Shown in pieces: positions 1 to 26,865 of a DNA stretch of 64,000 nucleotides. The notes beneath the pieces were generated by a model. That model saw only the letters and a list, made by a program, of their open reading frames with translations, ran no database searches and was not told the origin of the DNA. Source of the DNA: Bugula neritina (lineage: Eukaryota; Animalia; Bryozoa); assembly GCA_964035545.1 (NCBI GenBank), contig OZ037767.1, positions 1,809,680 to 1,873,679 on the forward strand. The letters run 5' to 3'. The stretch's first letter is position 1; every line of letters begins with the position of its first letter. The translations under genes and the position numbers were made by a program.

Positions 1-1149
1 ATTTGTTTGAGTCTTGACGCCCATATATCAGTAAAACAAAGAATATTCTGATAATATATTATACTACACACCTCATGTTATACCACATAGGAATGAAATA
101 AAAAATTTTCAATCTATACAAACAAGCTGAACTATTTCTAGCATTATATATATAGCTATGCTTCACTGTGAAAGACTTAAAAAGTCAGCTATAGTTTGAT
201 TTAGCTACAAAATTGTTTCATTTTAAAGCAAATTATTTTGTGAAGTGTTTTGATGCATTTTTTCCATACTGAGCAAAACTGAAATTAAAAACCCATCAAA
301 CAACTTTAATGAAAAATGCACTTTTCATGAAATAAAAATTGCATTGACTAATCTTGGATGGGTAAAGAATATGTCAAAAAATCCAAATCTAATTTTAAGT
401 ATTCTGAAAAATATTTAAGAGTTACCTAATCTCTCTTTTTTACTTTGTATTATCAACATTTATTTGTGGTTAGACTTGTAAATTGCAAGTCTCCTAGCCT
501 AAAAAATATTTTCCTTATAAAATGAAAACCCAAATTTAATGAAAAATTTAACTGCTTCATTATAATTTCTGGGACAAAAGTCTAGCAAATCTTAAGTATT
601 TATAAGTAAAAATTATTCAATATTAATTGAAACATTGATTCACAAGAAAAAAAAGATGAAAACGTAAATTTAAACTTTCACTATACAATGAAAAGCCAAA
701 CTAGCATACATTAAATTCTACTTTAAACTATATTTTGGAAAGAAGCATTCAAAAACTTTTTTCCTTGATCAGTTTCACTTCATAAGATAATTAACTTTTA
801 TATAGTCAAATCTTTGCAAATTTTGCTGATTATAAATTATTATTATAGATGAAAATTGAAACCACAAGACGTAATTTATTGAAGTTTCAGTAATTAGATT
901 ATTTTACATGCAGTTCTTAACACATTATGAAGTGTGTAATTGAGCTCCAACCTCTATCAACGTAAATTATTAATAATTCAATGAAGATTGAGCTGAAGTG
1001 ATGGGAATACAATCTAAATCGATAAGAGAGAATAAAGCGTTTCTGTTCTTCACCAGTTTATTTACTGTCTGTGTTTGCTTTCAACTGTAATCTATACAAA
1101 GATTCATCTCCATTGTCTGACCAAATCAGCATTATTGTTGTCAGGTGAA

Positions 1150-1162
1150 GTTGCCTCCAAAC
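1150..1162 (+). promoter_or_regulatory. Candidate RFX X-box (GTTGCCTCCAAAC) upstream of a probable non-coding exon ending at 1279
   Basis: Loose match to the RFX consensus; reverse CCAAT (attgg) near 1186; donor AAG|GTGAGT at 1279/1280. Confidence 0.3.
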
Positions 1163-1580
1163 AATCACTTATATCCTACTTATTGATTGGCCAGATTCCT
1201 TTGATGTAGGAAAAAGACTAAATATCAGAACTAACGAGAGATGCTGTCAAAATAGTCAGCAAATTTTAGACAGTAAAAGGTGAGTGAAGAAATTGCTATC
1301 GTAGCAAGTTTGTATTTGTGCAAATGTATTCTTTCTTCTTTAGGCATTTAAATATACAGCAAAGGACAACATTTGGATATTATATTGTTGGGAAAAAAGA
1401 TATTTGTAACATTTGCTTTGAGCTTTTCTGTTTTACTCTGCATGAAACTTTAAATTCATAGTTTAGAGCCAGTTATAGGCTGGAGAACAGAGTCACAGTG
1501 AATATTCTGCTGTTTGTAGGAGATAATGTAATATAGACAGATAATCTTAGTGTCTCGCTGCCAGTTAGTACTCGCTGCCG

Positions 1581-3072
1581 ATGGACTCTATAGATGTGCT
1601 GCCGGACATTCTCGAAGTGCACGATGAAGATGATAAGATAAGCAGTCACTCGACAGAATCTGATGTCTCGTTGCCGGCTATCCCACAATCCAATTCACCC
1701 TCTTTCAGTCAGCAGTAAGTTGGTGTATAGATAAGATGTCAGTTAGTAAGTTAGTATATATATATAGGGTGTCAGTTAGTAAGCTAGTATATAGATAGGA
1801 TGTCAGTTAGTAAGTTAGTATACAGATAGGATGTCACTTAGTAAGCTGTATGTAGCAATTTTTAAACAGAGCAGAGAATTCAGTGGACACACACAATATT
1901 TAAGCATAAAAAGTGAGCAAAAGATTGAAACCAAATATGATATAAAACTTTTGCTGCAGATTAGGCACACCATTGCCAGAGGTTCCTGCACTTCAACACT
2001 CACTATCTACTGATACTGAAAATGGAGATGATTATGATACGGATATAGAGCTCAATGGTAATACCATTGAACTCTACTATACTATAGGTTCAGTTCAGTG
2101 GGTAATACTTTTTCCAAGTTGCCACTTACTATTTAATACACTTACAACAAAATCATATGCAGATATGTGGTGTGTATTGAAATATCTACACAGCTATCTC
2201 CTGAAAGGTTTGACTATAAAATGTAAAACTCGGTAAAGAAAATGAATACAGAGAGCGAATAACTAAAATTATTAAATAAATTGAATAAATAGAATTACTG
2301 ATTATTATACAGGCAGCTTTTCTAATTCACAAGATGGAAAAGAATATAAAAAACCTAATGATGCTCCAGACAAGAGAAATTATGTGAAGAGCTGTGAGAG
2401 GTTAAACATTTCTCCCGAAAATAAGGTTAGTGGAGTTTCAAAAGCATGCAGCGGCAGCAGCAGCAGCTTTTAGTGCCAGAGTAAGTGTTATTTCTAGCTA
2501 ACTGTAGCATAAACCATGCCATTACTTTGTGTGACAACACATTTGGTTATATTTTATGTTACCAGGTGGTGGAGAACCTATCAAATGCCACACTAAACTT
2601 AGCTCATCAAGGAATTGGCGAAGATGGAGTTAAAGCTCTTGCTAAAAGCCTTCTTGTAAGACGTATTTTCTTCTACATGTTGCTAGTTTTAATTCCTGAA
2701 TGGATTTGACCTTTGATAACTGTTAGTCATGCTGAGAGTCACCTTTGTATGACTCATCACTCTTGCATTACAATTCAACTCATGAGAGGGTAACTTCAAA
2801 ACATGAAAATACAATGCCAGCCTCCTAACATTAATGGTAATGTATTATTTTAATCGAAAGTTGAGATGGTATAAATGTGAACAATTTATCCTTTTTTTAG
2901 AAAAACACAAAAGTAGCTCAGCTCAAGTTAGAAGACAACTCCATAACTCCGATTGGTGTTACATTTCTAGTGGACATGTTGAGCGATAACCTGTTTATCA
3001 CCTACGTGGTAAGTTGACAATACATGTGGGCATACACACGCACGCAAGCACGCACGCACAAAGGCACGCATT

Positions 3073-3103
<31 letters not shown>

Positions 3104-6100
3104 GCACACACACACACACCTAGCACATGCAATACATATAACACATGTTATTGGGTAACATATTAAGTTATATTTTACATGTTTTGTGCAATTAGTCTGC
3201 ATATGTATAGAGTACATTTTGTTCAATAGTATTAAATAATTAAAATGCAAATTTTTACACAATTTTTGTTAAACATTTACTGTGAGCTCCACCTTTAACC
3301 TAACAGAAATACATTATAATTGAGAGATTTATAATACTTTATAATATGTTAATATCACAACATGACCACACTGTTACATATATAATATATTGCATCATGT
3401 ATTATATGTACATTATATTGTATAGGATTTATCCCACAACGATGTGGGAACATACGGATGTCTAGCACTGAAGGAAACCCTTCTCTGTAACACCACCCTT
3501 CTCACTCTCATCCTTAAAGACTGCAAAATAAAAGACTCTGATTGTGTAGTCCTCGCGGAAGGTGTGCAGGTAAATTTCAACCCGCATCACATTTCAGACT
3601 ATTTAAATTGTCAGTAACCAGTGTATGGCCATGATACAGTTAGGTAACTTACACTGTCTCCTGTTTACAATAGTTAGTTTGTAGAACATTGTGCGGAAAT
3701 CAAGTTTAGTTTACTATATATATGTATATGTAATATCTATTGCATACAGAGTACAGTCTTAAGCTCACATTTATTAAGTTGTTTTTCAAATTATAATTTA
3801 TAAATTCATTCTTTATTTGCAAATTCAAATTGTGTATTTCTGTTAACTTATAAATACAACTAATAGTCATGAAAAATAAGTTTGTAATTTGTTATTATCT
3901 GCCCTCGTCTGCTACTGCTCTTGTGCTTCAGAGGAATGAATCTGTAGTCTACTTAGACCTAAGTCACAACGAGCTATGTGAAGACGGGGCGATGTGCCTA
4001 GGCGATGCACTCGGGATCAACAACTCTATTGAGCAGCTGAACTTAGCCTGGAACCACATCAGAAGGAAGGGGGCGGTGCAGATATGCAAAGGCTTGAAGG
4101 TCAGGGTCACATGTCCCAAGAACTGGCGGAATCTTTTGTGTAGGAGAATTGAGTGAGACACATTTTTTCTCACCTATTCTCACCTATCTCCGCTTTATCG
4201 TGTCCTGACACATAAATTAAGGGAATAGCTAAAAATGTTTCAGCATTTTCATTTTCAAGTTTGAAACGAAAAAGTTATGCTTAATTTAATTTTACAATTG
4301 CCACTTTAGTAAACTTTTTCACCCAGATTTACATTGGTCATTTTTAATGTAAAATTGCTTTAAATAATTTACATTTTGCCCATCATTTTTGAGACATTTC
4401 TTGCTTTTTAGTGAATAACCAGTTATAATGGACTACTTAAACTAACTTGATACATTTTACAATAGCAGCAAAAATCCAATAATTATTGAAACTATTGTGA
4501 ATTTATTGGGCATTGTGAATACTTTAAACTTAGCCTGCTTTGTTATTTCTCATTTATAAGCGGAAATCTATTTTTACAGAGGAATTACTCCATAGTAAAG
4601 GTAGATCTTTCATGGAATGGCTTAGGCTATGAAGGGTCTCTCAGTCTAGGTCAAGCTTTCAAGGTCAACAAGCATATAGAGGAAATAGACGTTAGTAGTA
4701 ACAGGATTAGCTGGAAGTGCGCGACTGCCATTGCGTCTGGTCTCAAAGACAACTACACACTAGAAGTCCTCAAGGTACTAAGTCTATATTCTCTCAACTC
4801 AAGGTACTAAGTCTATATTCTCTCAACTCAAAGCACTAAGTCTATTTTTGACTTAAATAACTTCCCAAACTGCATCATGGGTGATGAGAGACCAACTTCA
4901 GGAGTAACAACTTAATCCAACTAGCTATTTCACATAAATTCAGGTCAAAATATTAAATATATTCGTAATTCTTTGTTAGATGTGCAGTCAGTTATATTTT
5001 GTTCAACATTCAATTTTCTGTATTTTCTATATAATTGGGATTTCAAATAGCAGTCGCAAATAATTTCAGTTGGTATTAAAAAAATATAATGAAGTTATAA
5101 TGTTAAAAGAAAATTAGTCTAAAACTTAACTGTATAAAAGTTGGAAATATATTATATTAAAATACTATTTAGAAAATTATATAGGCTTATTACAGGGTTT
5201 TATGATAATAGTGTCATACCATCTTATGGAACAAACAAATATGATTAATACATAACTCCAGCTAAAGAAAATATGACTCATGGTTTTTTCATTCAAATAA
5301 AAATATCCATACATTTGTCTTAATTCTCCATCTCTGTGAGAACCCTAATGATGAAGGTCAACAAGTACACATCGCAGCAGCAATTTTACTATTTAACATA
5401 CAATTAACTTTAATTAAGATACATACATAATAAAGGTGACTAAATTATTAAATTAAAATGTGTATATAAGTTACTTTGTCTGCGATGTATACATGTATAG
5501 AGTGTACACAAGTTGATGAACAGCTAGGCCTTAGCCAATGTAAACTAATTTTCATACGAGCAGATTGGACTCAACCCGCTGACAATGACAGGAGTGCAGG
5601 AGTTGCTGGCAGCGGTGACTAATGATCACAGTGAAATGCAGTACATCAGTTTTGAGGGAATTCCCATCAACAGAAAGATAGCTTACATGGCGGAGCTGCT
5701 GAGTAATAATCGGGAGTTCGCTATGAGTCATGGCGGAGTCATCGACACTGATGATGTCATGGGGAAGAAAAAAAGTAGGTCAAGATTATAACTACACCAG
5801 TTTTAATTTTTTTTACATTAATTTAAATTTTTGTCTTTTCAATTGTGAAAAAAAATTACAATATAAATTTGAAAGGCCGTGTATTAAATAAATATATAAC
5901 AAATAGTTTTTATATAATAAATTATTTTAATTTATTTTTTTTAGTCGTTCAAGATGATCCTTTTACTCGACTTCTAAACTTTCTTAATGATAGAAGTATA
6001 AGAGCTGTTGACCTCTTCAGAGGTTTTGAGAAAGACAAGGACAAATCCGTCTCTAGAGAGCAATTTATAGCTGGACTGAAGAATTGCCAGGTAATTCTTG

Positions 6101-8217
6101 TGTTTACATCTAGTGCTGTGTTTCTAGTGCTCATGTGTATATCTAGTGCTGCGTATATCTAGTGCTGCGTATATCTAGTGCTGCGTATATCCCATGCTAT
6201 ATGTAACAACTACAATACTAACATTTATAAACTGGATTTATTTGGGTTCAGGAGGGGGGGGGTGGGGGGGGTGGGGGGTGGGGAGGGGTTTTTCGTGCAT
6301 GTGCTTTATTCTTTTAGTTTCCAAATGAATGTTTAGCATAATGAAGCAGTCAACCTGATGGTATAGCTGTAGTGTTATTTATGATGATGACACAACTAGC
6401 ATTTTAAGTAACAATTATTTAATCATTTTCTGTTTTCTAAAATGAAAACGGACTACTTCTGTATATTACAAAGGTGGTTTATTGTAATAATAGGCTCCCC
6501 TGGAGACCTGGGAGATGGTAAAGGTGATGGAATGTCTGGATAAATCTGAATCTGGAAAGATTGACTACAGGTTAATATAAATTACTAAATATTATTACAT
6601 CATGTAGTATACAAGGTGAATTTTAGGCTGATTTTGAGCTCTGCATATATTCAATTAAATAGCAAATGCTGAATCAGTTCTATGTAAAAAGTATTAAGTA
6701 GATACACAGGAAATAAACTCAAATAACAACAGAATAAAGCTGAATCACTACAATTTAGCTTGTGAGTCTTCTCAACAATAGGACTACCTATTTTATATTT
6801 TTTCATAGTGCACCATAGTGACCATTTCTTAAACTTGGGTAATAATTCTGTTTGTGTACACTCCTATGACAACTATTCTAACACCCCTGTGATAAGTAGT
6901 GCTGTATCCACCCCTTTATTCACAAAAATGTGAAGTAATATTTGTTTTAGGATTTTATTTTAATCAACCTGCTTCATCCAATGTATGCAGCTGGTAAATC
7001 AGACATTCACAGTTGAATAGAATGGCTGTCTCCACATCCTACAGTTTGGACGTCAGCCGTTCATATTTAACTTATCTCTTGCAGACGGCTAAATGAAGGA
7101 ATTCACGAGAAGATGGTGGCCAACAAGAACAAGGAGAGTAAAGCTCGTGCCGAAGCTCGCAGGAAGCAGCTTGAGGACAGGAAGTTGATGAATCCGGAAC
7201 TTTCCCGCAGCTCATCTGCTATGAGAACAAATTCTGCTCTGGGGATGACCTCATCTGTGGGCTCTTTAGCCTCTATTCCTACCAGTAGAAGGTTGGTACT
7301 TCATACTACCCTCAGTAATAGTATATTGCATGTAATCTCAAATGCTACTATGCCTTTTAAATAATTTATTGCTACTTCAATATTTTTACATACAATATTT
7401 TCTATTCATTTACAAAGTTAAATGTAAAATGGTGTTGGGAGGGAGAGGGCTTGAGCCCTGTCTTACTACCCATAGTAATTATTAATATGACCTTATGAAC
7501 TGTACTACTATGGCAGCAGTTGGTTTCTTAGCAATAGGCTACTCGTTAGCTTTGATCAGCCATTTTATACTAAACAGTTATCAATTTAGTAGCTCTAGCA
7601 AATTTCAGCACACAAGATGAGCCTAATAACGCTCTGAATGGCCAATTTTCTATGGCCTTCAGTGCTAACTCTTAATTAGTATTACTAAAGAAAAATTATG
7701 ATTAAAATATCCAATAAGTTGGATTTTAATAATTGTAAAAAAAACATTTTTCTCAAACTATTGCTAAATTTTTTTTTATATGACCATTAATATTATTTTC
7801 AGCAAAAACTGCCCAAATGGAAAATTTTTGTGTGCTCCTCACTTAGCAACTTATTTATTGTCAAGAGTTGTGTTCTCCTTTTATTAATAATTTGTAATTT
7901 CTTTGCGCAGGACCTCTAGAGTAAGTCTCAATATAACTCAAGGAAATCTGCAACTAGACAGAAGGAGGTCAAGTGCTGTGAGTATTCTTAGCTCTAGATC
8001 TACAGCCGCATCACCTAAGCCCACGATGGGGGGTGGCTCAGCGTCCCGCAGAGTGTTGAACGCAGCTGTCAAGTCACACAAAAAAGGTGTCCGAGAAAGA
8101 GAAATGGTGAATAAACTGGAAAGACTTTCTGTGACCAAAGAGGGCACAACTCCTCTTGCAGCTCCTGGGACTATAGGCAGAGGCCGAGTTGCTAAGCAAA
8201 CCAAATCTCTAGTCTAA
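1581..8217 (+). CDS. LRRC74-like protein (ribonuclease-inhibitor-type LRRs plus C-terminal degenerate EF-hand pair), about 665 aa, 13 coding exons
   Basis: Phase-consistent GT-AG exons: 1581-1714, 1960-2057, 2313-2425, 2566-2655, 2901-3008, 3426-3569, 3932-4099, 4580-4774, 5564-5774, 5945-6090, 6494-6570, 7085-7291, 7911-8217. Acidic DYDTDIE motif; LRRs (LDLSHNELCEDGA, LNLAWNHIRRKGA, VDLSWNGLGYEG); EF-like segments DLFRGFEKDKDKSVSREQF and LDKSESGKIDY. There is an in-frame stop upstream of ATG 1581. Confidence 0.85.
1708..1846 (+). repeat. About 32-bp tandem repeat derived from the first coding exon donor junction
   Basis: gtcagca|gtaagttggtgtatagataagat is followed by about four gtcagttagtaagttagtatatagataggat-like copies. 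Confidence 0.8.
3035..3119. repeat. (GCAC)n/(CA)n microsatellite in intron
   Basis: Direct reading. Confidence 0.9.
4770..4846 (+). repeat. 29-bp tandem duplication (about 2.5 copies) containing the exon end and 5' splice site
   Basis: ctcaag|gtactaagtctatattctctcaa is repeated. Confidence 0.85.
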
Positions 8218-9228
8218 TGACTTTATATGTCCGAGTATCTAATATTTTTATAGCCTTTACTTCTATTTTTGTAAAAGGCTTAAATTGTTGTTTAATTATA
8301 CTCTGATCTCTTTTGCCTTCTTTTACCATCAAATAGTTAAATAGCCTGAGGTTTCCTCAGCTAGACTTCCCCTAATTTTATCGGCAAGTGATATTTGCCA
8401 GCCATTAGCTGTAATGTAGCTTATTTTCCTCCCTTCTGTTAAAGAGAGCTAGGTCATGTAATGACCTGCATGGAAAGGTCGCCAGAAGAACAGGACGTTG
8501 GTAGATAAAAAAATACCAACAGTAGATGTGATGATGTCATTTCTTACTTGCATATTTTCCTAGCAAAAACACATTCTTATATTTCTAACAAAACAAAAAA
8601 AATCTAAAACTATTTGTGCAGAATTCATTACTTTATGCATAGCAATATTGTTCAACTATCAACTATGCATGCGGTTGGTGTAAATGCAGTAAAACATTTG
8701 CACAAGAGTAACCTTGACCTAAAGCCTCAGTTCAAGAACAACCTTGACATTGTTGTGAGAGCGTTTATTTGGAGGATAAGTGATAAAAAATTCCATAGAA
8801 ATCGTCTCTCCATAAAGCACTATAGCGAATTACTTGTACAAACAATACGGTATATAAAATTAGGCCAATAGTAGACACTACTAGAATAGATAAAGACCAT
8901 AAGTATTAGAACAGGTAAAAAGAATTCACAAATAGTTAGCAATAATTATAATGTATGCAGACATAATAAAGCAAATAAATTACTTAGGAACTAAATGACA
9001 TCAAAGTTACTAAAAGTGGCGCAAAAAGTAAAATTATGTACACCGCAAGCCACCTTAGGCTAAGCCAACGTAGGCCGAGCTAAATAAACATGGAAACTAG
9101 GAGACAGACGACAAAAAGTTTTAAAAATAATTAGTTATCAAATAAACTGCCTAGAACAGTTGGTACGGCCTTAGATTATAGTATAAAAGAAGATGAAGTG
9201 GGTACGCCCCGTAACGCTACACGCTGTC

Positions 9229-22348
<13,120 letters not shown>

Positions 22349-25300
22349 TTTCACCGTGTTATGTAGCACCATTATTACTTAATAAATACCGGTATATTGG
22401 CTGTACAGAGATTCTAAGGGTAGCTTGGATGATATAAATAATATAACTTAATAACTTACAGTTACTCTCACAAAGTTAATGTCGATGGATTGAGATTACT
22501 AAAAATGCCATATTTGTGCTCTGTCAAAAAGTTGAATACGATTGAATATATAAATGGAGTAGATTCTATACTATCCAGCTGTTTATGCTTAGACAAAACT
22601 TTACGGCTTCGCAAGACACATTCCACCCATGCAGTTGGAGTTGAATGAATAAACTACTGACGTGCGTTGGCAATATCACTCATGTTTACCAACAATGTGT
22701 GTGATCCGCTTTTTGATTGGATGACAATATTTGAGGAAATTGACTGGTTTTCAATGGCAGTTTGTAACACCCATAGGCTATAAATAACCAGGTGGTTACG
22801 AGATTGATTTCAAAAATAAATACTATGGTTGATTGCTTTATAAATTAAAATTTTTGGCAATCTAGCAGTTCTTCAGAATAGTAAATGTTCTACGCATAGC
22901 CTCATCAGCTAGAGTTGAGGTTACAATCAAAGTGAGTTGTTAGAAGTTACTGTTGATGGAAAACTTTTTAATTATGTACTCTGGACTAAAACTGCACAAT
23001 ACGATAATGTTACATCATTACTATGTATTGTATTGCTTTCTCGAACTGCATATCGTACCATGGTAGGTCAAGTTTAATACATTTGAGATATATTTTGGGC
23101 AACAAAAATTTTCTTAGTTTACATTTCTTTTTTTATATTTTTATTAATTTTGATTTACATTTAATTTATATTGATACCTTTGATCTATACAATCAATACA
23201 AATAAACTGAATATCATAAGTAACTAACAACTACTAAGAGACCATAACTACTAAACACAACTACTGAACACATAATTACCACGAGAATATAACTCCAAAG
23301 AGCTATAATGTTGAATAAAACTAATTAATATTAGCGTTTAGGTCATGAGACGATAACTACAACTGTATACACAGAACAACAAACATACCCATCAATGGTT
23401 CACTAGATGCCTAGAAAAAACATTGTGGTAGATCAATTAAATCATATTGATGGAAAATCTTTTTAAAAACAAAGTAAAGTATTCATTGTACCATTGACAA
23501 GGGTTACACTTTAAAATCACTCATTTCTTCCAAATATCAGATTGACATTATTACTAATTTAATTTTTTAACAAATATTTCTATAAAAAAAAACATAATAG
23601 TAAGTAATGCTGCGTTCAGCTTACAGTTGAAACTGAACTCTGAACGTCCTGGATAGAAGCTAAGAGCGCTTCTACTTATTCCATGCACTACTAGTGAGCA
23701 TTATCATTTGATTTGGTGCTTCAAAATCTATATTACTTTATTAAATATGATTAAACTATGTATGCAAATCTTAATTAATTATGAAAATAAGTATTTAGTA
23801 GATAAATTTTGCTGAATTTTATTCGTATATTTGGTTAACTATGCTAGTGAATTCGCTAGAATAAAACTAGTAAATTTCATTAAATTTCGCTAGTGATTTT
23901 TAATAATTGAAGCTAGTAAATTAGAATAAAAAAGCTAGTAAATCGTATTCAATTATGCTAGTGAATCTCATTAAATTGTGCCAAACTTGATTATTGGTTG
24001 CTGTAGGAACCAATTTACTGCATTCCTATTGGTTAAAAGTTTACAGTGGAGCCAGTTCAGCTTTCATAGTTCGAACAGCAACAGGGCTTGATGCTGAACC
24101 TACGGATGAGCAGCTCGAAAACCGGACTCAGTTCAGTTTCAACTGTAGTCTGTACATTGCATGCAGCTGGACAGTTTCTTCTGTGCCTGTCTTGCCTACA
24201 TTTGTTATAGCTGTTATAAACTCGCAATGCATTTGAATGACAAACTGGTGAGCACAGAGTCATGTGACCGCGAAAAGTAACCAAAAGTCAGTAATTTGAA
24301 AAAAATATTAGTAAATAATTACAAAATATTAATTGTAGTGTTTTTTACTGCTACCTGAGCAGGACTAAGCAGCGATAGGTGAGAAAAAAATTGTAATATT
24401 TTCAAGTTGATATAAATTTAGGGATCGGTTACTTGTAAATTTATCATTACATCAGCGGTGATTACGTAAGGGTGAAACAATTTCTTTACTTTACAGTCAA
24501 ATGGGAGGTATACTTTATTTCTTGATTATGTAAAAAGTGAGGAAGGGTTTGTCCACTCTCGTAGCAGAGAATGTATGCACAGTTATTTCCTGATAATAAT
24601 CAACAACATTACATGGTTACATGAAGGTATAATCCATCAACAACTCATCTTCCTCGTATTGTGTTAAATAACAAAAACAAGCTATCATATTCCAAATGCC
24701 AACTTGCAAACCTATTTTTACATCTGTAGCTGATTGATCTACACAACCTTTATTAGAGATCACAATGTTAAAAACAAACATTTAAATGTTGAATAACAGC
24801 AAATTTGTTATGCAATATAAATCTAAATGTCAAGAAGATTGCAAATACTAAGACTCAAAATCAGCTGATACTGATATGGCAGCGATTACACAATTTAAAA
24901 GGCAGCAGTGAGGTGGTAAAGACAGTCGAGAAAACAGTCAGAAGTTAAAACTGACTGACTGCTTTTTCCATGCAAAACAGAAAGCTGTTGGCAAGACTTA
25001 TAAACTAGAGCAGATTACATGTTACTCAACAAAGACCTTCTTATCATGATGATTATCTTATTCCTAGAATTCCTAGAAAAACCTAAGCGATTTTGGTAGC
25101 AATGACTCCAAATTACTTAGTTTATTTAGTTTTTGGCTCATCTAATGTAAACAGTTTTCTACTTCTTTGATCACTTCAATTACCATGCTGCTTACTTGCA
25201 GCTAAAAATTATATATTTTATATATTTAACCGCAAACTATTAGTTATAATTAACTTAATTTCTGCAATTGAAAAGGACTTTGTACAATATGATCAGTTTA

Positions 25301-26865
25301 TATGGTTTGAACAGCACCCTCTGGTAGTATGAAACTTAAATAAAACGTACTACGTAGTGCCAGCTACAACTATGAAAAGTGTAGAGCTTGCTAAATCTAA
25401 CTTTGAGTCAATCTTCAACTTATTTAGGCACTCCTGTAAATGCTGTTAGTGTTAGTCAAAAATCAATGATTACTCTTAGTCTTCACTTGAAATTTAAAAT
25501 CCTTACAGTTTGAGTTCATCAAAAAACAACTATAAGTGAACAATATTTGCAACTTAAACTAAATGTACAACTACAGTAATCACACTAGTAGCTATACTCA
25601 AGTTACAAGAACGTACGACTACAATTTAACTTAAACTTAGACTATAGTCATACTCATACTATTACTTACTACCATTATGACTAACAACAATATTATTAAT
25701 AATAAATTTGAGCTCAACTAAATAAAATCATCTTTATTCAATTTTATACAATAATTTAAAAATAAATGAATAAATTTAATACTAATATTAATAGTAATAG
25801 TAAATTTAGACTAATAATAATAGAAATAATTATTATAATAAGTAATAACTAATAAACATAGTAATCAACAGCATTCAGTAATGATTCTAAAAAGTAAATT
25901 TACTTGTACTTGTAGTTGTAGTAACCGAAAAAATATGGTCATGGTGCGAGCACTCAATCATGTCCATCATGATCTTAATGACAATCATAATCATAATAGC
26001 TCTATCATAATGATAGTGATAATCATAATTATTAAATTTAATGTAAACAGCAAAACTCAAACGGAAACAAAACGTTATACTTGTACTTATAGTTATACTG
26101 TTATAGTCTAGAATTATTGTTTATACGTTTACTTTTAGTTTTAGTAGATATTCGGTATGGATTGTTTAGAACCATATCGTTGGTTACCTGGTAATTTGTG
26201 TTATAGTATCTGCAAATAACGTCGAACGCAACTTCTACTATCAGGAGTATTCAGACTCCAATGTAAATCCTAATCTTATTCTTTGAGACTCCGACTGAAT
26301 CGTAGAGTTCGGCAAATGAAGATAACAATTAGCATCACTACAATGCATTATAATTCCACAGTTTCAGATATCACAGCTCTATGTACCATAGCACGTAGTT
26401 CAGTAAATGCCAATTTTAAGCCAAATAATAGTTTAAAGATGCCTGAAACTAATGATTATGATGAGGTTTCAATGAGGAATGAAGATTACTTATGGAGCAG
26501 TTGGTGATTCACAGTGACAATAATTATATCTATATGAAACATAGTCTAAGGACCTAAATATGTTATTAGATCTAAATGGAAATAGATGTAATGGTTGATA
26601 ACTGACAAACGTGGTTATTTGGAGGAACAACTTTTTAGAAAACGCAACTAAGAAACGTCGAGTCAAGTATTTCTTGGCAAAAAACTAACCCGGATAAGGA
26701 AGTTTTCTTGATCTCTCTTTTAATAATACTATAAGATTTCTATATTTTTTACATCCGAGAAGCGGTACTTGTTGCTACCGAAGCTCCTGGCATTGCTGCT
26801 GCACAAATAAGGCATAAGCAGATAGAAATAGTTTTTAATATTTATATTCACTAAAGTCTGCCAAA

